64,000 bases of DNA from Mobula hypostoma (lineage: Eukaryota): contig NC_086100.1 in assembly GCF_963921235.1 (NCBI RefSeq), positions 159,464,001 through 159,528,000 on the forward strand. Direction: 5' to 3'. The stretch's first letter is position 1. Each line of letters opens with the position of its first letter. The notes below the pieces were generated by a model. That model was not told the origin of the DNA and ran no database searches. It saw only the letters and a list, made by a program, of their open reading frames with translations. A program made the translations under genes and the position numbers. This document shows, piece by piece, positions 51,565 through 64,000 of this stretch.

Positions 51565-52269
51565 CCCAGACAACTTGCCAACACCAATTAAGGCAGGTGT
51601 CTAGCTAAGACATTAGGAAAGAGAGGCTCCTGATGGGTTTGAGACAGTAAGCAAAATGACACATAATTCTTTGTGATAAATAAGGTCATTAAGCCCACTG
51701 AGTTGATTCTGGCTCTCAGGGGAATCTCACGTCCCATTCAGAGACAAAAAATAAATGCACCTATGCTTATTTCTCAGGCTAAAAATTTTGAATTCATGGT
51801 ATCTAGCATTCCAGATTAAATCTTCTGTTCTGATGCTCCCGAGCAATGTTCCTGGCAATAGTCTCAATTTACAAGAAATTTGCTGAGTTAGATTGCTTCA
51901 AGCAACTCCAATATTGTCCTTGCAAACTCGGGTAACTGAATTACACTGCCACCTTTTGAAGTCAACCTACTAAAACTAACCACTCATCACTGATCACCAC
52001 TTATTTAACCCCTTTCCCCAATGAAGTGCAGACATTTCTCCTGGGGATCTGAATGGAACGCTCTGAAACCTCTCCATTTCCAGCAATCTAAGGCCGTGGG
52101 CTGGAGCGGATGTGTTGCCAGTCAAAAGGGGAAGAAGTGAGAGAGCATCCCATTATCTTTTTTATACGGACTTGGAAAGAATGTAACCTTCTTTTTCCTG
52201 TGTCCATACCTTTTTGAGGTCCTTCCTACTGTATAGGGCTACATGTCCATCATAGTAGTGGCCTTAATA

Positions 52270-52620
52270 ACAACAACATAGCACAAATAAGATGGATAGC
52301 CACAGTGTTGTACCCGGGTTTGGGCAGTCTAAAATTAGAGGGCAGGCAGTTAAGGTCAGAGGGGAAAGATTAAACGGAATCTGAGAGGCAAGTTTTTCCA
52401 CAGCAATTGGTGGGTTTCTGAAGCGAGCTACCAGGAGTGATGGAGGTAGGTACAATCACAATGCTCAAGACATTTAGATAGGTGTGGATAGGATATGGGG
52501 CAAACTCAGGCAAATGAGACTGTTGCAGGAAGACACCTGGGTCAGCATGGATGAGCTGGGCCATTGGGTTGCTGTCACAGAGTCATACAGCTGTACCAAT
52601 CTATGCTGTACAAGTCTATA
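52270..52620 (+). mobile_element. CR1 3' fragment
   Basis: Typical CR1 3' region and tail. Confidence 0.65.
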
Positions 52621-53359
52621 ACCACAAAAGCAAATGACTAAAATAGCATTAATAATGAAGCAGAGATTGGTACCTAGTGGTCAGCATAGCTAAACAAAGA
52701 GCCTTTTATTGTGCCATTGGACTCATTACCTGGTAAGAAGTGTGTAGTGCTGTGTATAATTGTTGGTTCTGTGGTTTGCACTTTAGCCCTGGGGTAATGC
52801 TGTTTCATTTGGCTGTATTCATGTACAGTTGAATGACAATTAAACTTGAACTTGGTCTGGAGTCACTTATATACCAGGCTGGGTAGAGACAGCCGCATCC
52901 CTCTCCTGAAGGACGTTATTGAAGGAGGGTTTTAATACTGGAGCAGTAGCAGAAAATAAATTGATGACAAGTTGGATAAGGAAATAGTAGATGCTCCAGG
53001 ACTAGCTGCTAATCATTTGGACCATTGATCTAGGACAGGCATTTGAATCCCACCGTACCATCAGGGGATCTTGAGTGAGCTAGGGCTTTTCTCTTTGGAG
53101 CAACCAAGGATAAGGTGTTTAAGATTTTGAGAGGCATAGATGGAGTGGACAGCCAGCATCTTTTCCCAGGGGACAATGGCTAATATCAGAGGACATGCAT
53201 TTATGCATTTTAGACAAGTGGAGGCAAGTTTAGAGGAAATGTCAGCGGTAGTTCCTTTTGTAAAAGATGTCTGAAAAACCGCCATCAACATGTCACCTGT
53301 GGAACCAGCAATGCCAACACACCTGACCACCGTTATATCAGCATCATCATGAATGGCTG

Positions 53360-56300
53360 TGAAGGTTCACTTCCAGATGAGGTCAACGCCTTTTAAAACG
53401 TCAAACGCCTTTTGAAAGGGAGAATAACACTACACCCGTGCAAATTCCTGCAGCATCTGGTGAACCTGTGATCTCTGAGGCCAATGACAGAACACCTTTC
53501 AAGAGGGTGAACCCTTACAAGATGCCAGGCCCTGATGATATACCTGGTAGGGCACCAAAAATCTGTGCCAACCAGCTGGTGGGAGTGTTCAAGGACATCT
53601 TCAATCTCTCTCTGCTCCAGTTGGAGCTTCCCACCTGCTTCGAAAAGGTGATAATTAGACCAGTGCCCAAAAACAGCAGGGTGAGCTGCCTCTTCGACTA
53701 TCTACTGTGTTCAAATGATTTGACAGGTTGGTCATGACTAGAATCAACTCCAGTCTATGTAAGGACCTGGACCCGCTGCAATTTGCTTATAGCCACAATA
53801 GGTCCACAGGAGATGCAATCTCACTGGATCTCCACTTGGCCTGGTTTATGGATTACAGATAAGTGTTCAACACTATCATACCCTCAGTACTAATCAACAA
53901 GCTCCAAATTGATCTTTCAAATATCATTGGACTCTGGCATTGTGTCAGAGAACTGGAAAATTGCAAATGTTACTCCACTCTTTAAGAAAGGAGGAAGGCA
54001 GCAGAAAGGAAATTATAGACCAGTTAGCCTGATCTCAGTGGGTTGGGAAGATGTTGGAGTCAATATTTAAGGATGAGGTGATGGAGTACTTGGTGACACA
54101 GGACAAAGTCAGCATGGTTTCCTGAAGGGAAAATTTTGCCTGACGAACCTGTTGGAATTCTTTGAGGAGATTACAAGTTGGATAGGTAAAGGGGATGCAG
54201 TGGATGTTGTATATCTGGACTTTCAGAAGGCCTTTGACATGGTGCCACACATGAGGCTGCTTACCAAGTTAAGAGCCCATGGTATTACAAGAAAGTTACT
54301 AACATGGTTAGAGCATTGGCTGATTGGAAGAAGGTAGCGAGTGGGAATAAAAGGATCCTTGTCTGGTTGGCTGCCAGTGATTAGTGGTATTCCGCAGGGA
54401 TCTGTTTTAGGACCACTTCTTTTTATGTTGTATATAAATGATTTAGTTACTAAATTATTTATATACAGCATAAAAAGAAGTAGATGAAATAGATGGCTTT
54501 GTGCCAAGTTTACAGAAGAAGATAAGAAGATTGGTGGAGGGACAGGTAGTGTTGAGGAAATAGGTAGAATGCAGAAGGACTTAAGACAGATTAGGAGAAT
54601 GGGTAAGAAAGTGGCAAATGGAATATAACGTTGGAAAATACATGGTCATGCACTTTGGTAGTAGAAATAAATGTGTGGACTATTTTCTAAACAGGGAGAA
54701 TATCCAAATATCTGAGATGCAGAGGGACTTTTGAGTTCTTGTGCAAAACACCCTAAAAGTTAACTTGCAGATTGAGTCGGTGGTGAGGAAGGCAAATGCA
54801 ATGTTAGCGTTCATTTCAAGAGGTCTAGAATACAAGAGCAAGGATGTGATGCTGAGGCTGTATAAAGCATGGGTGAGGCCTCACCTTGAGTATTGTGAAC
54901 AGTTTTGGGCTCCTCATCTTAAAAGAAATGTGCTGACATTGGAGAGGGTCCAGAGGAGGTTCACAAGGATGATTCCAGGAATGTAAGGGTTATCAGATGA
55001 GGAACGTTTGAAGGCTCCGGGTCTGTACTCGCTGGAATTTAGAAGGATGAGGGGGGGATCTCATTGAGACCTTTGAAATGTTGAAAGGCCTAGACAGAGT
55101 AGATGTGGAAAGGATGTTTCCCATGGTAGGAGAGTCTAGGACAAGAGGGCACAGCCTCAGGATAGAGGGGCATCCATTCAAAACAGAGATGTGGATAAAT
55201 TTCTTTAGCGGAAGGGTGGTAAATTTGTGGAATTTCATGCCACGTGCAGCTGTGGAGGCCAGGGTGCTGGGTGTATTTAAGGCAGAGATTGATAGGTTCT
55301 AGATTGGACATGGCATCAAAGGTTACAGGGAGAAGGCTGGGAACTGGGGTTGAAGAGGAGGAAAAAAAAGGATCAGCCATGATCGAATGACAGAGCAGAT
55401 TCAATGGGACAAATGGCCTAATTCTGCTCCCATTTATTATGGTCTTATGGTCTAAAACCTGGGCCTCTGTACCTCACTCTGCAACTGGACCTTACGCTTC
55501 CTACTGGGAGACCAGTCACAGTAGATCAGAAATAACATCTCCTCCTCACTGATAATCAACTTAACCCACTACTCTCCTCTCTATACACTCACAATTATGT
55601 GGCTAGGCACAGCTCAATCGGCACCTATAAATTTGCTAATGACACAATTATTGTAGGCAGAATTTCAGATGGTGACAAGGAGGTGTCCAGGAGTGAAATT
55701 GATCAGCTGGTTGAGTGGTGTCGTAACAATAACCCTGCACCAAGGAGTTGTTTGTGAACTACAGGAAGTGGAAGTTAAGGGAACACACACCAGTTCTCAT
55801 CGAGGGAGCAGCACTGAAAAGGGTGAGCAGTTTCAAGCTCATGCATATCAACATCGCTGAAGATCTATCCTGGGCCCAACATATCGATGCAATTACAAAG
55901 TAGGCAAAATGCTGGCTATATTTCATCTGGAGTTTGAAGAGACTTGATATGACACCCAAGACTCAAAAATGTCTACAGATATAGGTTTGTACCATGGAGC
56001 GTATTCTAACTGGTTGCATCGTCAGCTGGTATGGAGGAGCCACTGCACAGGCTCTGAAAAAGCTGCAGAAATTTGTGAACTCAGCCAGCTCCATCATGGG
56101 CACCAGCCTCCTCAGCATCGAGGGATCAGCAGTGAAAAGTGTGAGCAATTTCAAGTCCTGGGTTTCATCATCTCTGAAGATCTAGCCTAGGCCCAACATA
56201 ATGATGCAATTACCAAGATGGCACACCACTGACTATATTGCATCAGAAATGTGAGGAGATATGGTATGACACCAAAGACTCTTGCAAATTTCCATGTATG

Positions 56301-56775
56301 TACCATGGAGAGCATTCTAACTGGTTGCATCATTGTTTGGTATAGAGGGGCAACTGCACAGGATCAGAAAATTGTGCACAGCCAGTTCTATCATGGACAC
56401 GAGCCTCCCCAGCATCGAGGACATCTTCAAAAGGCGAAGCCTCAAAAAGGCAACAACCATGATTAAAGATCCCCATCAACCAGGATAGCCGTCTTCTCAT
56501 TGCTACCATCGAGGAGGAAGTACAGGAGCCTGCAGACACACTCAGCACTTCAGCAACAGCTTCTTCCAAACTGCCACCAGATTTCTAAATCGACACTGAA
56601 CCCATGTACACTACCTCAATTTATTTTCCTCTCTTGGCGCACAGCTTATCTTAATTTTTAAAAATATGCTTCTTATTGTAATTTAGTTTTTTTATTATTA
56701 TGTATTGACATGTACTGCTGTTGCAAAACAACAATTTTCACGACATATGCCAGTGTTATTAAATCTGATTCTGAT
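53360..56775 (+). mobile_element. Rex1/Babar LINE (RT region to 3' tail) split by a CR1 insertion
   Basis: GPDDIPGR..K.CANQL.GVF.DIFNLSL lies before the insertion. KFANDT and ESILTGCI..WY lie after it. Confidence 0.8.
53909..55453 (+). mobile_element. CR1 LINE (RT region to 3' end) nested in Rex1
   Basis: WKIANVTPLFKKG, VYLDFQKAFD.VPH, SGIPQGSVLGPLLF..YINDL and VRPHLEYC motifs, ending in a (TTATGGTC)n tail. Confidence 0.92.
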
Positions 56776-57927
56776 TGAATGCTGGGTGCCTGGAACACAG
56801 TGCCAGGTGGTGGTCAAGGTTGATACAATAGGGACATTTAAGAGACTGTTAAGCACAGGGATAGATGTTGGAAGAGGTTATGGGATGTATGGGAGGGAAG
56901 GATTAGTGTGATGGTGGAGTATGTTTATATAACTCGGCACAACATTGTGAGCCAATGGGCCCATACTGTGTTCTGTGTACAGCTCCTCCAGCGGGAGTTG
57001 ATATTGTGAAGCATCACATCAAATTAAGTCTAAAATTAAGTAGAGTCAAATGACAGCTCCACAAGCAAGCCAAATCTGCAAAAGTTTATTATTCAGGCAT
57101 TTTCACAGTGTGAAAGGTAACTATTTATTCATCCACTTTACAGAAATCTGCAGGAGGAGAAGTTGAAGAAAGTGATGGCTAAAGGGGTGTTGGTGGTAGG
57201 GAGCAAAATGTTAGTGATCTACATAGAGAAGGGACTGGGTTAATTACCATATATCTTTGCTGTGAAGTAACACTTGTATTAAACATGAGGAAGCACTTAT
57301 AGAACCGACAATCTACTCTTGTGCCACAGAAGGCATTAATGTTTCATAAAAACCTTCAGAAAGGATTATGTTTCAAAGGCTTCATCTTCTCCCACCCAAC
57401 CAGCACAGTGCACTGTACTAAGAAACTAAAGTACACTTTGGTTGAGAGTTGCTTACTGGGCTGCCTAGGTGGGGTTAGGGTCAGACAAACTGAACTTTGG
57501 AAAGGCAGTACAATGTGCATTTCACATTTGTGCTTAAATCAGGCCTCAGAGGTATCAAATCTGCTCTCCTTGAGTTAGAACATAGAAGAGTACATCCCAC
57601 GATGTTGTGCTGACCTACAAGTCAACATGGATTCCTCCTGATGCTCTGGTTTCCCTCCATCTCCCAAACACACGCTGGTTAGTAAATTAATGGACCCCAG
57701 TTACTCTAGCTGGTGTATAGCAGGAGAATTTGGGGTGAGTAGGTTACAGGAAAATAAGTGAGGGAATAAGATAGGCAAAAATACTTAGAGCCAGCATACA
57801 CATGATGGGCTGAATGGTCCTCTTCTACATAATAAAAGCAGGACACTAGGAACATTGCAGCCCCTCCAAGAAATTTCAGAATACGCTATTGAGCAAGATG
57901 GTGGGGTGGGGAAAATGTGAAACGTAC

Positions 57928-58129
57928 CATTGGAGAATCCTGGTTCTTGTTGAGCTCGGAGAGTTTGCAACTTGATTTCTGCCTCTTCGGCTTCATGCCT
58001 TCCTCAATGTAGCTGCTGTTAGTTTCCTTTAGCTTTTTGTCACCTTGCTGCAGAGGTTCCACGAGCCCCGATCGGTTCTCCTCATTACCACTGAACGCTG
58101 AAGGAATATTCTCTTTGTTGATGTCATCC
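57928..58129 (-). CDS. FAM13A: FAM13A exon: (T)DDINKENIPSAFSG...KPKRQKSSCKLSELNKNQDSPM
   Basis: 202 nt; phases 2/0; lies inside ORF 57886-58239. Confidence 0.93.
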
Positions 58130-58329
58130 CTGTGGAGCACAGCAGGTTTGAACCAACTACAAAGGCATCTCATGAAACAGAGCAGCTCGAGGGGGTTTGG
58201 AACATCTGCTGATGGTGCTGCTGTTTCTCTGCCCATCATGTCTCCAGTGTCATTTCAAACAACAAATTGTCTTTTTTCATAATAATATCCAGCATCTAAA
58301 CCTCCCCTTATAGGCTGCTGTCACTTTAG

Positions 58330-58640
58330 AACATAGAACATTCCTGCACAGTACAGGCCCTGCGGCCCGCAATGTTGTGCCGTAAACTCATCGTCACGTA
58401 CTGACCTTTTAACCTACTCTAGGGTCAATTTAATCCTCCCTCCTTTGCAATCTTACATTTTTCTATCGTCATATGTCTATCTAGGAGTTTTTTAAATGCC
58501 CTTAATGTGTCTGCCTCTATCACCACCCCTGCAGGCCAGTCCACACACACACACACACATACACACACACACACACACCACTCTCTGTGGAAAAACTTCC
58601 CTCTGACAGCCCACCTGTACTTTCCTCCAATCACCTTAAA
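58330..58640 (-). mobile_element. CR1 3' fragment containing a (CA)n microsatellite at about 58542-58578
   Basis: tagaacatagaacat tail; a CA tract of about 18 units sits within the element. Confidence 0.75.
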
Positions 58641-59437
58641 CTCTGTCGCCCAGAAATTCCCAAGACAATCCCAGAGCATCCACTTCTATATCACAAACAT
58701 CTTCTAGTCCCTTGAAGCATAATTACTGAGATAGGAGATACAACTGTAGAGACAGGAGCAGGAAAGTTCCAAAGTGGCCAGTGATTGATGAACTGAGCGG
58801 ACAAAACTAGGGCAGATGGGGTTCAATGTCAGGAAGTGTGAGACCACGCACTTTTGGATCAGAGAGGGACATTTTATTTAATGGTCACATACCAGAGGGC
58901 TATGAAGGAGCAGGGGTTCAGATACACATCAGCAAACCTACAGTACAGTCTGAAAAAACAACTAATGGAGTGTTGGTCTTTCCTTCCGGTGGAGAAGAAA
59001 GGGAGATTATACAGCAGATGTCCAGAGTCTCGTTGAGGGTCAATCTGTGTAGGGCTTAAGGAGAGGGTGGAAGGGAGAGGAAGGGGAAATTGGGATGGGT
59101 TTTTGGGAGAGTTGCTATGCCCTACATTTAATAATTAGTGGAAATTAAATTGACACTCTGGAGAGTATCAGTTTATAGTGTCAATTTTGCTCTAAGCACA
59201 TGGAGAACAGCCAGCATCAAATCAGCCCTGTTCAATGAATTATGTTTTGCTGGTCTATGTTGACACCACACATGGATAACAAATACACATATTACATACA
59301 CGTGTATATAATATAAAACATAGCTTTATACATAATGCAGTAAGAGTATTTACATTAAGGAGTCAATCATGATTTATTTCAAGTGTTCTGATAAAAAGTT
59401 CTGTCAAATGCATTGATAGGAACTAAGATAGCCATAC

Positions 59438-59617
59438 GTTTCTCTGCTTCTCCAGGGTTCATCCTGTTCCTTCAGATGTCTCCTCCTCTGTCTCGCACAG
59501 CCCACCGCACTCAATAACGATGTCCCTGATTCAGATTCCTCCGGGCTTTGACCTCCACTGCCATGACTGTCAAAGAGGTGTTGTTCCACTGCTGACCGGA
59601 TGGTCCTCTCTATAAAG
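59438..59617 (-). CDS. FAM13A: FAM13A exon: FIERTIRSAVEQHLFDSHGSGGQSPEESESGTSLLSAVGCARQRRRHLKEQDEPWRSRE(T)
   Basis: 180 nt; phases 2/2; CAG acceptor and GTATGG donor. Confidence 0.95.
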
Positions 59618-62439
59618 CTGCAGACACACACACAGCCGCTGAGCTGCAGTCTAAATATCCTCCCAAAATCCTAATCATGATCTCAGTCACCTGACACTTC
59701 CCAATTTCCACCTTACATCACCCAAAAATATACCTTTTATGCACAAGTCTGTACTTCAGTACCAGCTATTTTTAAAAACACTCACCCAGGCAATTACACT
59801 TTAAGTATATGTTGCACATATACACATGCAACATGTTCAAGCAAGCACACTAACTTATCCATGATAGAAAAACATGTGTATTCACTTACAAATGAATTCA
59901 TTTGCACATATACTCTACAAGCATAGAACCATGCACACTCTCACATGTTCAGAAGTACAAATGCACACACACACACAACCAAATATCCAAAAGGGTTTAA
60001 TTGTTATTAGTAACTCCCTTCTGTGTGAACATACAACTCTTTCAGCAGAGACCGAATAAGTTAATTTGCAAAAGTTAAGACAACACCTAATGCAATTGGT
60101 ACTAAAGGAGACAGGACAACCCAGAGTCAAGACATTAGATAGGAGGGTTGACACCGGGCAGTAATGAAGCAATTTCTCTTCCAGTGAAAATGGCAGAAGT
60201 TCTTTGATCTTTGACCTGATATCTGTCCCAATCTTGCTTCCAGGTTCCAGTTATCGAGCCACAGTGGATGGGGGGGTGGTGTGGGGGTTGAGGGTTGGAT
60301 GAGTGGGCACAATGGGGCAGCTGCTGCTTTCCCTCTCCAGGCCACTGAAGTTCCCATGACCTCCTTGCTTCTTTCTGTTTTACTTATACACCTCTCCCTA
60401 CGATGTACTTTAGCCTCCTAATCTGCAGTCAAGAGATAGCCTCTTGTCAGCAAAGAATGCTTGCGTGATAATCTAAAAGCACGAAATATTAACGATGCCC
60501 TCTCAGAAAGTGGACTGACTGAGTTCATGTGCTTGGTCATGCATTACACAGATATGCAGAGTTTGATGACAATGCACATTACCAGGCATCATTGTGCCTT
60601 CAATTCACAAACAGGCTTCAGGTGACTTAGACTCTCCCTAAGGTTTTAGTCATGATATTTCCTACCCAAGACAGTGTGCCCACTGCTGACATCATTGAAT
60701 TGACCCTAGTTTACTGCATTTGACATTCTGGGATGGTTTCAGTTTTGACCCAGTACAGCAGCAAACTGGAAACTTGCCAGTACATGTGGTTCAATCAAAC
60801 TCCGAGTCTGGGAACCTTTTCAATATAGCTGTTTCATTCATGAATATTTGCTCATTTACTTAGCCACTGAATGGCGGTGGAAGAAGTGGGTGGGGGGTTG
60901 TGGAAAAGCAATGCCGATTTGATAGCAGATTTGGTAGCGACTCAATGAAGTGGGGTGGGGGAATACAGTGTCTCTCTGGTAGAAGCCAAGTGAAAGACAT
61001 TCAGCCCACTGTTTCAGTGCTGGCCTTTTGCTCAAGTAATTCAACACCACTGAAAATGAGGGTAGAGCAGGTGAATCTGCTCACATTTGGGAGGGTCAGA
61101 GAGGAGTGTGTTAGGAAATTTTGTCAAAGATCCTTAGGGTTGGGAAATAGACCATTGTGGCTATGACAGCCATTTGAAAGAGCTCATCCATTAATCTAAT
61201 CCTATACCCACTTCAAGCTCAATTTTGTTGGGTACACCAATTCTATAATTTAAAAAAAAAATGCCATCAACTTACTCCCCGGCTGATGAATTGTTGTTGA
61301 TTGGTGACACATGGGTGCTGTAATAAAAAGAAAATGCAAATTAGATCAGTGGAGCATCAGGAAAATGAGAAACAGGGAGACAGAGACAGAAAGTAAAGAT
61401 AAACTGATTATAGTGATTTAGAGGTAAGAGGTCACCTTGCCCCAGTTCAGAATCAGAAGGTTGTAGGTTCAAGCCTCACCCAGAGACTATACCACAAAAC
61501 TCTATACACTGATACTCTAAAATAATATAGAAGTCCCTCACTGTCAGGGGATGTGAATTTGGATATTATCCTCAGGAACTATTTAGAAACAAAAAAGTTG
61601 TGACATTCCCCAAAACTCCTGCCCAACAGTTATCCCTTAAATAACAACGTTTATCCATTAATAAAAAGGTTTAAGTATATTATCTGTTCTTTATCATAAT
61701 GCTGGTTGAGAGCTTGGTGTTCACATACTGGCCACTGCGTTTCCCACATTACAGCAGTAAAAATGTGCATCCAGGACTGACAAGTGCCTGGAATATTTCA
61801 GGGAAAACCCAAGTCTCAATTTTTCGTTGAAAAGCAAAAGGCTGCAGAAGCTGAAAGCCCCCCTCCAAAAAAAAAGAAAAATGCAGGAAATATTCAGGTG
61901 GTATACCACCTGTGCTAAGAAAAACAAAGAGCTAATGCTTCACATCAGCAACCTTTCATCAGACGAAAGGGTATAATGAAAATTTTGTTCTGTGAAATAC
62001 AAGTTCCAAGTTTCTCCCTCCACAGATGCTGCCTGACCCATTGCGCATTCCCATCATTTTACAGGTTCCTTTCTTTGTTAATAGAAGATGCTCATTTCTT
62101 GCCCACACTGGCCGAGCTTCTGGCTCTTGTCACATTTCTTGCTGCATCATAGCTTACAAAGTAAAATCAGACTAAGAGGAGAGGTGGAAAAATAATTTAC
62201 CTTATACTTTATAAAATAAATCAAGCTGTCAGAGTATACATATGCCTGGCCCAACCCTACACACCTTATTGTCAACTACTTGGGCACAGTCATTGCTGAT
62301 AAAACCAGGCTGCTTCTTAGTTATTCCCATCTTCCTGCTTATTATGCAAGTTTAAAGGGTTTAAAGAGAGGAATGGGGTTGTGGGGTGTTTTTAATTGGG
62401 GAAGGAAAATGAGGCAGAGGATGGTGATTGGAAATCTGA

Positions 62440-63090
62440 GCCTGGCAGACAACAGGGATTACTGGTGGGACCCGACTTGTTTGTGACATACAGTACATTA
62501 ATGACTTGAATGTGAATATAGGAGAGATTAGTAAACTTGTGGATGACACAGAAGTTGGTGTTGTGGTTATTGAGGAAGGTTGGTTCAGGCTGCAGAAGGA
62601 TGCAGATTAGTTGGAAAGTTGGGTCAAGAATTGGTAGATGGCATTCAACCCTGGCGAGTAAGAGGTGATGCATTTTGGAAAGTCAAGCAAGAGTGGGACA
62701 AATACAGTCAAACCTGTGTTGAAGAGTCTTGATGAATCCAGGGAACTAAGGGCTCAAGTCCATAGTTCCCTGGAAGTGACAACACAGGTGGTCAGGGTGC
62801 CTTCACAGGTCAGGACATTGAATAAAAGAGGTGGGACATTATAATCAAACTTTACAAAACACTAGTCAGATCACACTTGGAAGTACTGTGCAGGAAGTGC
62901 CTTTCTAGTTGTCACTTTTTAAGAGGATATGACTGTGCAGGAGAGATCACAGAAGAGATGCACCAGAATGCTCCCCGGATTGGAAGGCTTTTTGTTATGG
63001 GAGGAGATTGCACAGGCTGGGATTCTTTTCTCTGGAGCTAAGGAGGCTGACGTATGATGATCGAAGTATAAGAATTATGATAATCACAGA
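62440..63090 (+). mobile_element. Old CR1 LINE fragment
   Basis: Decayed YINDL, KLVDDT, W.MAFN and LYKTLVRSHLE motifs. Confidence 0.7.
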
Positions 63091-63096
63091 TAAATT

Positions 63097-63180
63097 GTCT
63101 TCTTCTTCTAAGCCTATTTCCCCTACTGGGGTATAGGCCCCCAACAGCAGCTCACTAGAGCCCTCAGCACTGGGCAAAAG
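63097..63180 (-). mobile_element. 3' tip of an RTE-like LINE
   Basis: A minus-strand terminal hairpin, GCCTATACCCCAGTAGGGGAAATAGGC, is followed by (GAA)n. Confidence 0.45.
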
Positions 63181-64000
63181 GTTGATCAGCCCTGTGGCTT
63201 CTGCTTTCACCACAGATTTAAGAAACACCTATCGGGCATAGAGGATAGGTCCTAACGTGGGCAATTCAGAGTACATGAGTAGAAAGGTTAGCATGGATAT
63301 GGTGGGTTGAATGGCCTATTCCTGTGCTGTACCATTTTATGTCTCCATACAAATAGGAGTAGAAGCTGACTGATTCTGCACAGATAGTGGGTGTACCTGG
63401 GAAACAGTCCAAATCTGAGCCAGGCTATCTTTTTAAAAAGGAATAGAAATAGACAATTCTGGAAACACTCAGCAGGTCAAGCAGAATTTATGGAAAGGGA
63501 AACAGCTAATTCTCTCCAGGGAGTATTCATCAGAATTGTTCTGATACAACCCGTTTCACGCCATGGACCCTACCTTTAATGGAAGGGTCCGTGCACTCCA
63601 GGTTGGGAAACCCTATAGGGTCGCAAAGCCAAAATAACTAACTGCTTCTCTTTTCACAGATGCTGCTTCGCTTGCTAACTGTTTCCACCATTTTCTATTT
63701 TGTTCTGATTTCTGCATCATAATATTTTTGCAAAGCAAAGGAATTAAGGGTTATGGAGAAAAGGAAGGTTGGTGGAGCAGAGTCCATGGCCCAATCAACC
63801 ATGATTTTATTGAATGGTGGGGCGGGCTGCATGGCCTACTCCTGCTCCTATTTCTTAATATTCTTATGAGGAGACAGACAAGCAGTCTTTTACCCAGGCA
63901 AAGGGAATCAAAAACCAGCAAGGGTTTAAGGCAAGAGGTGGAAAGATCTAAAAGGACCCAAAGGGCAAACTCTTTACATAGAGGTTGGTGTGTATATTGA

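Noticed and set aside
62095-62145. Possible small upstream FAM13A exon
   Set aside because: It would need a GC donor and shows no convincing similarity to the expected peptide.

Overview
This is vertebrate genomic DNA. The repeat content (CR1, Rex1/Babar, Penelope-like elements, V-SINE, DeuSINE) suggests a cartilaginous fish, which is an inference. The window holds the 3' part of one protein-coding gene, FAM13A, on the minus strand. I traced 14 coding exons by hand between 59617 and the stop codon at 7493-7495, all with GT-AG boundaries. Reading-frame phases are consistent at every intron except one, between 50701 and about 33731. The N-terminal RhoGAP exons lie beyond the right edge. A probable long 3' UTR runs to about 2.9 kb, and a convergent plus-strand 3' end may occupy 1-340. 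Nearly all ORFs in the supplied track are spurious or are transposon fragments. The introns are dense with retroelements. The main points of interest are: (i) repeated minimal hammerhead ribozyme motifs in Penelope-like elements and their foldback derivatives; (ii) a near-intact, 5'-truncated Vingi/Ingi-like LINE; (iii) a 1.5-kb solo LTR with a 5-bp target-site duplication (TSD) and internal minisatellites; (iv) a candidate internal promoter with a palindromic MEF2 site upstream of an in-frame ATG, next to the intron with the phase conflict; (v) splicing-regulator motifs beside an 84-nt exon; (vi) a pre-miRNA-sized intronic hairpin; (vii) a decayed envelope-like segment. I cannot establish a new biological system from sequence alone. 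These are testable candidates.
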